Below are positions 10,171 to 19,585 of a stretch of 64,000 nt of DNA, piece by piece. The position numbers and the translations under genes were made by a program. This DNA comes from Minisyncoccota bacterium (GTDB lineage Bacteria > Patescibacteriota > Minisyncoccia > Phycocordibacterales > DATDWN01): the NCBI GenBank assembly GCA_036517295.1, contig DATDWZ010000008.1, forward strand, positions 304 to 64,303. The letters are read 5' to 3'. Numbering within the stretch: the first letter of the stretch is position 1; each line of letters opens with the position of its first letter. The notes below the pieces were generated by a model. That model saw only the letters and a list, made by a program, of their open reading frames with translations, was not told where the DNA came from and did no database searches.

Positions 10171-11463
10171 CTACCTATTTAGCCACTCTTTCTCCTGTCT
10201 GACCAAAAGTCTATTTTTGTCTTCAGGACACATCATTACTTCCTCAACAACTTTTTCCATACGCATAGCCTGTGAACCTTTTACCAAAATCATATCTCCC
10301 GCTTGTAGTATTTTTTGTAATTCCTTGCCCGCCTCAACTGAAGAGTCAACCGAGATTATGTTTGACTGGCCAAAACCGAGATTAATAAGCTCTTCCAAAA
10401 TCTTTTTAGCACGCAAACCGACACATATCACAAATGAAGCTGAATCTTTTATTTGTTCGGCAATCTTTCTGTGTTCATCAGCCGAATATTTGCCAAGTTC
10501 CAACATATCACCAATAATAGCAATTTTTCTACCAGAAGATTTAAGCCGAGACAACACCGACATTGCTTGGAACATTGCAACCGGTGAAGAGTTATAGGAA
10601 TCATCGATTATGATACTATCTTTTAGCCCGGGAATAAAATTCATTCTACCGGGAAGACTTCTGTTTTTATTCAAAGAAGCGGTAATTACTGACGGCTGAA
10701 GTCCGAATTCAAGACCGACGGCAAAGGCCAGGAGGCTTGAGTATTCGTTTTGAACACCTATGGACCCTTGAGATGTTACCCCATAAAGATCTTTTTCCGA
10801 AATAATATCAAAAGACATACCGGTTGGGGTTGTGTATTTTTCATCGTTATAAATGATCTCAAAATCCGAACCGCCAACATCAAAAACCTTTCCTATTCCA
10901 CAAGACACTTTCCTACCTTCCCTATCCTGTAAGAGGTTCACTGTTCGCAAATCGTCAGCATTATAAATTATAACCCCATCTTTCTTCATAGAAGCCATAA
11001 TAGACCTCTGTTCAAACAAAAGAGCTTCAATATCACGGAAGGCCTCTGTATGAACCGGCACCTCACCCATAACAGTCATGACCAAGATGTCTATATTGAG
11101 ATACGATAGTCCTGAAAGATCCCCCGGCTTGTCACCATCGAGTTCGAGAATTAACCATTTTGGGTAGGCGGATTTAATGACTATGATTTTTAGTGCAAAA
11201 AAACCCGCCTGGATCAAATCAAACCAGGTAGTCATACCGTAAGGAGAGCCAATAATGGTAAGCGGTATACCCAATTCAGCGGTAAAACTCTTTTCACTTC
11301 TGCGAACAAAAAACCTCTTGGATAGCACGAGATAAACCGCCTCACGAGTCAGAGTCTTGCCGACACTTCCGGTTATGGCAATAATTTTGGGTTTATATTT
11401 TTTTAACACCAATTTCGCTTCCCACCGAAGAATATTTTTCGCTGTTTTTTTTAGAAAATCCAT
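10171..11463 (-). CDS. murF: UDP-MurNAc-tripeptide--D-Ala-D-Ala ligase
   Basis: ITGSVGKT, IIDDSYNSSP, GDMLELG and ILVKGS motifs in dcw context. Start moved to MDFLKK (11463). Confidence 0.85.
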   Translation of the reverse strand: MDFLKKTAKNILRWEAKLVLKKYKPKIIAITGSVGKTLTREAVYLVLSKRFFVRRSEKSFTAELGIPLTIIGSPYGMTTWFDLIQAGFFALKIIVIKSAYPKWLILELDGDKPGDLSGLSYLNIDILVMTVMGEVPVHTEAFRDIEALLFEQRSIMASMKKDGVIIYNADDLRTVNLLQDREGRKVSCGIGKVFDVGGSDFEIIYNDEKYTTPTGMSFDIISEKDLYGVTSQGSIGVQNEYSSLLAFAVGLEFGLQPSVITASLNKNRSLPGRMNFIPGLKDSIIIDDSYNSSPVAMFQAMSVLSRLKSSGRKIAIIGDMLELGKYSADEHRKIAEQIKDSASFVICVGLRAKKILEELINLGFGQSNIISVDSSVEAGKELQKILQAGDMILVKGSQAMRMEKVVEEVMMCPEDKNRLLVRQEKEWLNR

Positions 11464-11524
11464 GTAATATTCAGGTTTTATATTTTCCGAAACCGCATAA
11501 ATCGCTGGTGCAATTTTGCTTATC

Positions 11525-11641
11525 TCGTCGTTCAAGGAAACAATATCCTTGATGCATAGCCCTCTCGCAAACTCAGGCTTCGCCCTCAGACAATGCTTCG
11601 GGCTTATTTCATCTTCGTCTTTGTTTCCTAAACTCCTGCGA
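11525..11641. repeat. Long imperfect intergenic hairpin (REP-like)
   Basis: AGGAAACAA..GATG..AGCCC pairs with GGGCT..CATC..TTGTTTCCT. Confidence 0.45.
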
Positions 11642-11679
11642 AGTCTCTGAAAACATAAAACCCTCACAAATGTAAAAAC

Positions 11680-13386
11680 TCACCGGTCGGGCGGTACTTC
11701 GTAGTAGTTAATAAGAAAATTTACTATACCCATAAAAGGTGTGGTTAGTGTTTCCGAACCGAACCTGGCACCCTTTGGATTTACAGTATACAACAAGATA
11801 ATAAATTTTGGATTATATGAAGGGAAATAACCGACAAAGGAGTGGAGAATACGATCCTCATAATACCCACCTCCCCTTTCTTTTGCCACCTGAGCCGTAC
11901 CGGTCTTGGCAGCAATACTATAGTTTGGCATACGAAGCATACCTCCCGCCAAAACCTTGTCTACGCTATAGGTAAGCATCCTGGAAAGTTCTTCCGAGGT
12001 CTCCCTTTTTATTACAGGAAAACTTCGTTGGATAGCGGTGTCTTTCGATATGCCTATTTTATAATTTATGGTTTTTACAATATGGGGATTAACTAAAACG
12101 CCACCGTTGGCCACAGCAGCCAAAGCCCGTATCGTGGCTATAGGTGTCAAGGCTATTCCCTGGCCAAAAGAAGCCGTAGCATGATCTATATCTATCGTGC
12201 TGTTTAGGTTGTCGGTCAAATCTTTTGATTCATTCGGTAAGTCGATACCAGTTTTTGTATTTATACCAAAGGCATACATATAATTGGTAAATCTTTTATT
12301 GCCAAGTAGTCTTTGAACATGCGCCGCTCCGACATTGAGAGATTGAGATAAAACATCCTGCATGCTGACTATTCCACGCTCCTTTCCGTCAAAGTTCGAA
12401 ACCTTTTTATTATTTATCATGACGAATCCTCTATCATAATAGGTGGAAGTGGCGGTAATAACCCCGGCATCAATACCCGCAGCTATGGTCAACGGTTTTA
12501 TAATAGATCCCATTTCGTATACATTTTCTACAAGTGGATTTGAGAATATAGAAACTCGTTTTTCCACTTGCGGATTATTCAAATCAAATGTGGGGTAGAC
12601 TTCCATTGCGTATATTTCTCCGGTTCCGGGGTTCATGATAATCCCACCGGTAATATCAGATTGCCATTTTCTGGTCGTACTGGCTAAAATATTTTGCAAA
12701 TAAGCCTGAACAGTTGGCTCAATAGAGGTGACTATGTCAGCCTCACTTCCACCCACATCACTGGCAACCGATTTTATGTCGGAAAAAATCTCCGCAAAAA
12801 AATTAACATAACCACCGTCTTTTCTGACCAGTTCCGACTCGTATTGTCTCTCCAGACCATACCTGCCGGCATATTCGTTTCCTTTAAAACCAAGTATCCC
12901 GATAATATGAGAAGCCGAGTCGCCTCCGGGATAAAACCTCCAGCGTTCTTTATAAGCCTCCAATCCGGGAATCTTCAAATCACTGACTTTCTGACCGAGA
13001 ATACTGTCCACATGTGTAGCTATCTCCTCATACGGGTCACCAAGTTTAGAAGCCTTAACTAAAAAGGCGTCGTGATCAATGGGTATTATTTCATTCAAAG
13101 TCTTATAGACATCTTCCGGATTTTTTAAGATTTCCGGATTGATAGCGATAATAAAACCGGCCTCTAAGGTAGCGGCTGAAACCAAACTCCCATCCTTGTT
13201 CTGAAAAAATATGGTTCCCCTGTCGAAAATCTTGATAGACGAACTGGAATACTGTCTGTCGGCCTTATTTAGATAGAAATCATTATCTACTATTTGTAGT
13301 ACATACAACCTACCAATAAGCAGAAAAGCAAAAATCAAAATACATATTGAAACAAAACGAATCCTACCTGAATAATTGGATTTCAT
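11680..13386 (-). CDS. ftsI: Class B penicillin-binding protein (septal transpeptidase)
   Basis: SxxK (GSIIKP), SxN (SLN) and KTG (AKTGTAQ) motifs; follows mraZ-rsmH-ftsL. Confidence 0.85.
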   Translation of the reverse strand: MKSNYSGRIRFVSICILIFAFLLIGRLYVLQIVDNDFYLNKADRQYSSSSIKIFDRGTIFFQNKDGSLVSAATLEAGFIIAINPEILKNPEDVYKTLNEIIPIDHDAFLVKASKLGDPYEEIATHVDSILGQKVSDLKIPGLEAYKERWRFYPGGDSASHIIGILGFKGNEYAGRYGLERQYESELVRKDGGYVNFFAEIFSDIKSVASDVGGSEADIVTSIEPTVQAYLQNILASTTRKWQSDITGGIIMNPGTGEIYAMEVYPTFDLNNPQVEKRVSIFSNPLVENVYEMGSIIKPLTIAAGIDAGVITATSTYYDRGFVMINNKKVSNFDGKERGIVSMQDVLSQSLNVGAAHVQRLLGNKRFTNYMYAFGINTKTGIDLPNESKDLTDNLNSTIDIDHATASFGQGIALTPIATIRALAAVANGGVLVNPHIVKTINYKIGISKDTAIQRSFPVIKRETSEELSRMLTYSVDKVLAGGMLRMPNYSIAAKTGTAQVAKERGGGYYEDRILHSFVGYFPSYNPKFIILLYTVNPKGARFGSETLTTPFMGIVNFLINYYEVPPDR

Positions 13387-13486
13387 CCCATTAGAGATAC
13401 CAGTAATTTTGGACTACTTGTATTAAAATTATTTAATAACCTTATTCCCTAAAAAGATTTTCAATAAACTGAAATCTCTAACGGGA
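13386..13486 (-). repeat. Family A ~100-bp inverted-repeat element, copy 1 (ends on the ftsI ATG)
   Basis: TCCCATTAGAGAT...ATCTCTAACGGGA, 101 bp. Confidence 0.75.
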
Positions 13487-13509
13487 CAAGTCGACTCTAA
13501 TTCTAACAA

Positions 13510-13821
13510 TTAGTGGTCGCGGTAAGCAATCTTGGTTGATGGATCTCTGGAGATAAAAGATTTATTGGCCGTATCCCTGAAACCGAGGGAATAGGCAAGT
13601 TGAATATTAACGGTATTTCGCTTTGTTATATACAAAAATTCTTTGTTTCCTATATCGAGAGTCAACCTGGAAGCTTCATGTTCAAGGTTTTGACGAATAA
13701 CGACATTACTTATTGTCATCCTGACAAAATACATATAAAAACCAATAAATAAAAATAAAGTACAGAGTAGCATCCAGAATATGTATTTTTCTCTATTAAG
13801 TTGTAGTACTTTTTCAACCAT
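13510..13821 (-). CDS. FtsL-like bitopic cell division protein
   Basis: One TM helix plus coiled coil, AYSLGF motif, located between rsmH and ftsI. Confidence 0.6.
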   Translation of the reverse strand: MVEKVLQLNREKYIFWMLLCTLFLFIGFYMYFVRMTISNVVIRQNLEHEASRLTLDIGNKEFLYITKRNTVNIQLAYSLGFRDTANKSFISRDPSTKIAYRDH

Positions 13822-13836
13822 TTTATTGTCTTTTAT

Positions 13837-14730
13837 CTATATTTTCTCGATTATTCTCATCTTTGCGCTCCTCGATCTCGGATTTTCCTCTATTTCCACC
13901 TCGGTAGGAATGATCGGTTTTTTTGTAATCCTTTTCCCCCGACCAACCTCCTCCTGTTCTTTGAAAAATTGCTTGACGAACCTGTCTTCGAGGCTGTGGA
14001 AAGAAATTACGGCCAGCCGGCCTTTTGTATTCAAATGTTCAAAACCTTTCTTTACGCCTTCTTTCAAAGCCTCTATCTCGTCATTGACCGTGATTCGGAG
14101 AGCCTGAAATGTTTTCGTGGCTGGATGGATACGACGGGTGTGATAGAACTTTGGAGTAGCGGATTTTATAATCTCAACCAAATCAAATGTAGTCTCAATC
14201 GGTTTCGATTCCCTCCTCTCCACGATGGCCTTTGAAATTTTCCAAGCGAATCTCTCTTCGCCATAGCCTTTGAGAATAGCCTCTATGTTTTCCCTGTCCC
14301 AAGTATTCACAATCTCTCGTGCGGTCAAGTCGCTCTCGGTCAAATCTTTCTTGAAAGACATGATGAGTGATTCGTCTCTTTGAAAAGAGAATCCCCTGCC
14401 CGAGTCTTCGAACTGATTTGACGAGAGACCAATGTCTAGAAGTATCTTGTCAACTTTCGATAGACCTACGGAAGACAGGACTTTGTCTATGTTCCGGAAA
14501 CTTTCCTGTGCGTACGAAATATTGCACTTGATTCCGAACAGTCTCTGTCTTGTCCTCTCGACAGCTTCGGTATCCAAGTCAATTCCAATTATTTTAACGG
14601 AATCACCAAATCTTTTGACCACTTCCAGGGTATGTCCTCCTCCACCTAAGGTCCCGTCAACAAAAACGTCGCCGGGCTGAATCTCTAAACCATCTATTGC
14701 TTCTTGTAAAAGAACTGTCTTGTGAAGCAT
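13837..14730 (-). CDS. rsmH: 16S rRNA m4C1402 methyltransferase
   Basis: HKTVLLQE, DGTLGGGGH, HPATKTFQALRI, ISFHSLEDR and NPRSRSAK motifs. Confidence 0.95.
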   Translation of the reverse strand: MLHKTVLLQEAIDGLEIQPGDVFVDGTLGGGGHTLEVVKRFGDSVKIIGIDLDTEAVERTRQRLFGIKCNISYAQESFRNIDKVLSSVGLSKVDKILLDIGLSSNQFEDSGRGFSFQRDESLIMSFKKDLTESDLTAREIVNTWDRENIEAILKGYGEERFAWKISKAIVERRESKPIETTFDLVEIIKSATPKFYHTRRIHPATKTFQALRITVNDEIEALKEGVKKGFEHLNTKGRLAVISFHSLEDRFVKQFFKEQEEVGRGKRITKKPIIPTEVEIEENPRSRSAKMRIIEKI

Positions 14731-14734
14731 GTTT

Positions 14735-15169
14735 TTAGAGGACTCCTACTTGACCAAGTTTCTCGGCCAAAGTATCCGCTTGCTTCTCCACAACCTTTTT
14801 GTATTCAATCCAGGCCTTCTCGTTCCAAATTTCCACACGACTGGAGACTCCTATCACCACCACCTTATTTTTTAGTCCCGCTCTATCGCGAAGAAACTCT
14901 GGAACGAGAATTCGACCAATCGAATCTATTTCCGCCTCAACCGCACTGGAAAACATTAGGCGATTGAAGCTTCGATTGTCCGCCTGGCCAATAGAAGACT
15001 GATTAAGTTTTTCTTCTATCTTCTTCCACTCCACGTGTTTGAAGATCCAGAGACAACTATCCAACCCTTGGGTCACTACTATTTTTTTCCCAAGTTCGGA
15101 ACGAAATTTCGCGGGAAGAGATAGTCTGTTTTTGTCATCTATTGAGTGTGTATACTCTCCGATTAACAT
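14735..15169 (-). CDS. mraZ: Division/cell wall cluster transcriptional repressor
   Basis: GEYTHSIDDKNRLSLPAKFR and IDSIGRILVP motifs. Confidence 0.95.
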   Translation of the reverse strand: MLIGEYTHSIDDKNRLSLPAKFRSELGKKIVVTQGLDSCLWIFKHVEWKKIEEKLNQSSIGQADNRSFNRLMFSSAVEAEIDSIGRILVPEFLRDRAGLKNKVVVIGVSSRVEIWNEKAWIEYKKVVEKQADTLAEKLGQVGVL

Positions 15170-15245
15170 AAAAAGTGATGCTTATTTTCTCCTAAACCAA
15201 GACTTCGTCTTGGTCGGACGAACAATTTTTTCAAAATTGTTTTAG

Positions 15246-15325
15246 TCCCACTTCTTCCCACTTGATTCCTATTATATACCACTCTATCCCACTGTCTACC
15301 ATAGTTATCCCCCTCCTGTGGATAA
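15246..15325 (-). promoter_or_regulatory. mraZ promoter with phased MraZ boxes and a DnaA box
   Basis: GTGGGA/GTGGTA-like repeats at ~10-bp spacing (15246, 15256, 15267, 15277, 15287, 15297) overlap TATAAT (15271-76). A TTATCCACA match lies at 15317-25. Confidence 0.7.
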
Positions 15326-15336
15326 TTCAAGTATAG

Positions 15337-15485
15337 GAAAAGACCGAGAATTCTCGGCCTTTGAAAGATGGGAGGGTGGAGTTCTCCCCCGCATGGTACC
15401 TTGAGAAAACATACCAAGGCTCACACCACAGTGGTAAGACGGAACACACTGGTAACCCCGGTCAATCGCAGGGCTCCACCCTCCT
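15337..15485 (-). ncRNA. Candidate small structured RNA (possibly a compact 6S-like RNA)
   Basis: TTGATT-16-TATTCT promoter, 11-bp closing stem GGAGGGTGGAG/CTCCACCCTCC, internal CCTTG..CAAGG hairpin, and terminator at 15337-62. Confidence 0.5.
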
Positions 15486-15527
15486 ACTGCGGAGAATAGC
15501 ATACTACATATAAAAATCAATTAATAT

Positions 15528-15814
15528 AAGAAAGGGACCCGCCATTCGCCGAAGCGACTGCGGGCCCCAGTGGAAGGGCACTTCCTCTCTCTGTCTAGGC
15601 GGACCTGCAGATCCGCCACCCATCGCCCAGAAACTAAACTTCTGAGCGCAGGATTTCAACTGAGCCGTCTCTAACGCTGCACAGCGACCCGCTTTTCGAC
15701 GTCGCTTACGTCGTCACACCACGAATTCCCTGCTCTCGCGGCCCGTCCAGGCCCGCACGCTGGGGTGGCGATTGTGCGCTATGCAAACCGTTTTTATTAG
15801 ACTGCCCGCTTCCG
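15528..15814 (-). ncRNA. Candidate unclassified structured RNA (~240-nt core plus terminator)
   Basis: Perfect TTGACA-17-TATAAT promoter (15821-49), 5'/3' closing helix, nested stems, GC-rich terminator at 15534-68, and no credible ORF. Confidence 0.65.
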
Positions 15815-15916
15815 TTTGAAATTATAGCATAGTATATATTAGGTGTCAAGTATTTTTGGTATCCCAAAAAAGCCCTTATTTTAAGGACTTTTTAGAGTAA
15901 ACTAAAATAATCATGC

Positions 15917-17812
15917 TTATTTAAACAATTCCAATCCTTTGGTTAATTCATCCACTTCAGACTTTGGACCAAATATAAGGAGCCCAAGAAAATCAATGTC
16001 TTTTACATCCTTCGCTTTCGTCCATTCAACCACTTTGTTATCACTTGTTGTTTCTATCATCTCTTTTGTAAAGTGAGCAATTTCCAATCCCCTTTCTTGG
16101 GCCAAGTCCGATAGTCTCCAGATATCCTCCGAACTTCCGGCGGTCTTTATCATGATTGCGTGTCGGATATTCAATCTTATATTTTTATTGTCTTGAGTTT
16201 TTATGGAATCGAATTTAAAAAGATTATTTTTCGACCGTGCGCCAAAAGCCACACCGAGATGAGCGATGGTATTTGCAACCTTCCAGGGTTCCAGATTCAA
16301 CCCTTTATTTATTATGGCTGTCACGACCCAAGTCGCCTTATCTTTCTTTTTTATTTCCTCCAGAGGTCTCATCAGCGGGAAAGCTTGCAGTTCGCGAAGT
16401 GGTTTATCCGCCAGAAAAGCAAAGAGTCTCTCGCCGAAACCGAACCCACAGGTGGGAGGCATACCGTGTTCCAGCATTTCCACAAATTCATCATCCTGCA
16501 TCATGGCCTCCGTATCGCCGGCATCTATCAACCTCTGTTGAGCCTCAAATCTCTGTTTTTGATCAATCGGATCATTCAACTCGGAATAACCGTTCCCGAC
16601 TTCACTGCCGGCAATAATCGGCTGAAATCTTTGGGCGGTTTTTATATTATCCGGGTTCGCTTTTGACAGTGGTGCAACCAGAGTCGGATGGTTTATGAGA
16701 AAGGCCGGGCCGGAAATCTGCCTACGGCAATATTTCCATAAGGTATCCGTCAGCCTCTCCTTATTGTCTCCTTCATACTTTACACCGAGCTCATCCAATT
16801 TCTTTTTCATATCACCTTCGCTCGCGGTTAACAAATCAATGTTGGTCATTTCTTTCACTTTTGAAACATAGTCTATTTTTTTCCATTCATCGGCCAAATC
16901 GAAAGAGTGTCCGTGAGTGGTAAACTTTGTAGTACCAAAAACTTTTTTGGCAATCTCAATATACATTTCCCGCACCAATTCCATACCATCGTTATAATCG
17001 GCAAAGGACCAGTAAAATTCCATGTTCGTAAATTCTTGAGCGTGCTCGGGAGAAGTCCCCTCATTCCGATATGCCTTTCCTATCTCAAAAGTCTTTGGGA
17101 AGCCACCGGCCATAAGTCTCTTCTGCCACAATTCGCCTATCGATATGCGTAAATAAACATCGAGGTCATAATCGTTGTGGTGTGTTCTGAATGGAGTGGC
17201 CTCCGCGCCTCCAGTGGTGGTTTCAAGAGTCGGGGTCTCAACTTCGAGAAACCCTTTGCTCTTCATAAACTCCCGAGTTACATCCCAGAATTTGGATTTT
17301 TTTACTATCAAATCGCGTAACTCGCCGTTCATTAAAAAATCCAGGTATCGCTTTCTATACCTTTCATCAACATCCTGTAATCCGTGCCATTTTTCCGGTA
17401 ACGGCAGGATGGACTTACAGGCCATGACCCAAGAATTAACTATGATACTTTGTTCGCCTGTTTTAGAAACCGCAGGAACGCCGGTAATAGAAATAAAATC
17501 TCCAACATCGATGGTGTCCGTAAATAAAGAAAAATTATCGACCTTTATTTCATCCTTTTTTACAATAGCCTGAATCCTTTCCGTTCCATCAAAAAGCACG
17601 GCAAAAAGTATGGCCCCCTGGCCACGCAGAGCCATTACTCTTCCGGCTACAGAAACCGGTTTGCCCGATTTACTCCTTGTATCAAATTCGGATTTTAAAA
17701 TAGATATCGGAAAATCTCGTGGGACTTTTGCCGGATATGGGTTTATACCTTTACTTTTCAGTATTTCAAGCTTTTGTAATCGCGCTTGCCTTATTTCTTC
17801 TAGTGAGGCCAT
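15917..17812 (-). CDS. lysS: Class II lysyl-tRNA synthetase with a C-terminal DUF2000-like extension
   Basis: LPEKWHGL, FLEVETPTL, YRNEG and GMPPTCGFGFG motifs; ~145 extra aa after FPLMRP. Confidence 0.92.
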   Translation of the reverse strand: MASLEEIRQARLQKLEILKSKGINPYPAKVPRDFPISILKSEFDTRSKSGKPVSVAGRVMALRGQGAILFAVLFDGTERIQAIVKKDEIKVDNFSLFTDTIDVGDFISITGVPAVSKTGEQSIIVNSWVMACKSILPLPEKWHGLQDVDERYRKRYLDFLMNGELRDLIVKKSKFWDVTREFMKSKGFLEVETPTLETTTGGAEATPFRTHHNDYDLDVYLRISIGELWQKRLMAGGFPKTFEIGKAYRNEGTSPEHAQEFTNMEFYWSFADYNDGMELVREMYIEIAKKVFGTTKFTTHGHSFDLADEWKKIDYVSKVKEMTNIDLLTASEGDMKKKLDELGVKYEGDNKERLTDTLWKYCRRQISGPAFLINHPTLVAPLSKANPDNIKTAQRFQPIIAGSEVGNGYSELNDPIDQKQRFEAQQRLIDAGDTEAMMQDDEFVEMLEHGMPPTCGFGFGERLFAFLADKPLRELQAFPLMRPLEEIKKKDKATWVVTAIINKGLNLEPWKVANTIAHLGVAFGARSKNNLFKFDSIKTQDNKNIRLNIRHAIMIKTAGSSEDIWRLSDLAQERGLEIAHFTKEMIETTSDNKVVEWTKAKDVKDIDFLGLLIFGPKSEVDELTKGLELFK

Positions 17813-17833
17813 ATGAATAAATTATAGCATAGA

Positions 17834-17957
17834 CAATTTTCAATTTCTAATTTTAAATTTTCAAACAATTTTCAATGCTTCAATGAATTAAACGGGTTAT
17901 TTTATAAATTAATTCATTAGAAATTGTTTAGAAATTAGAAATTGAAAATTAGAAATT
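17834..17957. repeat. AT-rich heptamer-repeat element (AATTTTC/AATTTCT units, inverted arms)
   Basis: Begins AATTTTCAATTTCTAATTTTAAATTTTC and ends GAAATTAGAAATTGAAAATTAGAAATT. Confidence 0.65.
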
Positions 17958-19068
17958 ACCTAATCGATTCGTATCCCCCCACCACACCATCCGGTGACAA
18001 GACTATCTGCCATAGATATATTTTCCTCGCCCGAAAGGCTCCAGCGCATGATAATAGATAATACCTCCACATTCTGTAGAATCTATCGCCATATTTTTGT
18101 GACAGTTCCAACCAGTGGGTATCAAAATTCTTGAACCAAGCGCAAAGGGTCTTGTCATAGTCGGCGCCAAAATTATGCCAATCTTCGATAACAAACTTAT
18201 CTTCAATAGCCCGACTCAACTGGACAAAAGAAGGTAGTTTGCTGTTTGGAAAAATATATTTGTTCATCCAGGCGTCGGTGGCTCGGGTAGTTCTGTTATT
18301 ACCGATGGTGTGCAATAAAAACAACCCGTCGTCTTTCAGACATCTTCGCACCATCTTCATATATATGGAATAATTTTTTATACCGACATGTTCAAACATC
18401 CCGAGAGAAATTATGTGATCGAATTTTTCGTCAACTTCTCTGTAATCCTGCAATCGAATCTCGACGGGTAGTCCTGCACATCTCTCTCGGGCCAGCTCGA
18501 CCTGTTCCTTAGACACCGTTATTCCCACAACACTCACTCCGTATTTTTCTGTGGCGAATTTTGCAAAACTTCCCCATCCGCAACCTATATCCAAAACCCT
18601 CTGACCTTTTTGAAAATTAAGTTTTTTGCAAACCAGATCAAGTTTATTCTCTTGGGCTTCATCCAGATTTTTTGCATTCTTCCAATAAGCACAAGTGTAA
18701 ACCATTCTTTTATCCAACATGATTTCGAACAAATCGTTTCCTATATCATAGTGTTTCTCTCCGATCTCAAAGGCCTTAGCTCTTGCTCCTTGGTTCGTCA
18801 GCAAAGCCTTAAGATAAAGGGATAAATTGGAAAAATTCAGAGAAACCCTTTTTTGTATATCGGTTTTTAGAATGCGATTTATACACTCATCCAGTCCATC
18901 GCAATCCCACCAACCGTCCATGTATGACTCACCAAAAGCCAGAGGGCCACCGGAGATTACTCTTTTATAAAATTTATCGTTATGTACTTTTATATCGAAA
19001 GGCCTATCACCGTTTATTTTTACATCCGCACTTTGGAGAAGTTTTTCTACAAATGAGCGCGAGTTCAT
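17956..19068 (-). CDS. cfa: Cyclopropane-fatty-acyl-phospholipid synthase
   Basis: HYDIGNDLF, VLDIGCGWG, SLGMFEHVG and FYRMWRYYL motifs. Confidence 0.92.
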   Translation of the reverse strand: MNSRSFVEKLLQSADVKINGDRPFDIKVHNDKFYKRVISGGPLAFGESYMDGWWDCDGLDECINRILKTDIQKRVSLNFSNLSLYLKALLTNQGARAKAFEIGEKHYDIGNDLFEIMLDKRMVYTCAYWKNAKNLDEAQENKLDLVCKKLNFQKGQRVLDIGCGWGSFAKFATEKYGVSVVGITVSKEQVELARERCAGLPVEIRLQDYREVDEKFDHIISLGMFEHVGIKNYSIYMKMVRRCLKDDGLFLLHTIGNNRTTRATDAWMNKYIFPNSKLPSFVQLSRAIEDKFVIEDWHNFGADYDKTLCAWFKNFDTHWLELSQKYGDRFYRMWRYYLLSCAGAFRARKIYLWQIVLSPDGVVGGYESIR

Positions 19069-19077
19069 ATTAAAGTA

Positions 19078-19530
19078 TTACTTTATTTCTAATAATTTAT
19101 AAGTTAATTCACCATTCGGGGCCATGAAAGAAAAGGCTTCTCCTTTTTTCTTGCCGACAATCGCCTGACCAAACGGTGATTTGATAGATATTTTATTATT
19201 GACCGTATCGGCTTCTTCCGAACCAACTATGTTGTAGGTAGCTTTCTTACCATCCCTCTCTACCGTAACAACGGAACCGACATTTACCACTCCGGAGTGA
19301 CCACCGGAAACAATAGTAACGGTCTTTAAAAGGTCCTCCAATTTCATTATCCTGTCTTCAATCGTGGCCTGAACATCTCGCGCTTCGTGATATTCGGCAT
19401 TTTCTTTTAAATCGCCGAGAGATTTTGCATACTCCAAATTTTCTGCCACCTCTTTCCTACGCTTATTTTTAAGCTCCGCCAGTTCCTTTGTAAACTCGTC
19501 AAACTTCTCTTTGGTCAAATATTCAGCCAT
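19078..19530 (-). CDS. greA: Transcription elongation factor GreA
   Basis: GDLKENAEYHEA and ISIKSPFGQA motifs. Confidence 0.95.
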   Translation of the reverse strand: MAEYLTKEKFDEFTKELAELKNKRRKEVAENLEYAKSLGDLKENAEYHEARDVQATIEDRIMKLEDLLKTVTIVSGGHSGVVNVGSVVTVERDGKKATYNIVGSEEADTVNNKISIKSPFGQAIVGKKKGEAFSFMAPNGELTYKLLEIK

Positions 19531-19585
19531 ATTTTTTTGTTAAATAATTGCCAAAAGTTTAGCAAAAAAACAGCTCCAGGTCAAC

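Noticed and set aside
11464-11667. N-terminal extension of MurF, and similar extensions on ORFs ending at 21563, 24939, 57247 and 63893 or starting at 52434, 54100 and 57111
   Set aside because: They come from reading through repeats or intergenic DNA (for example INSNGM from family A). Downstream ATGs match the family N-termini.
15528-15814. RNase P, tmRNA or SRP RNA identity for the 240-nt element
   Set aside because: GAGGAAG and ACGGAAG look RNase P-like but cannot form P4. There is no tRNA-like T arm or tag ORF, and no SRP helix-8 motif.
17834-17957. CRISPR array or oriC unwinding element in the AT-rich repeats
   Set aside because: No constant repeat-spacer pattern, no cas genes and no DnaA box cluster.
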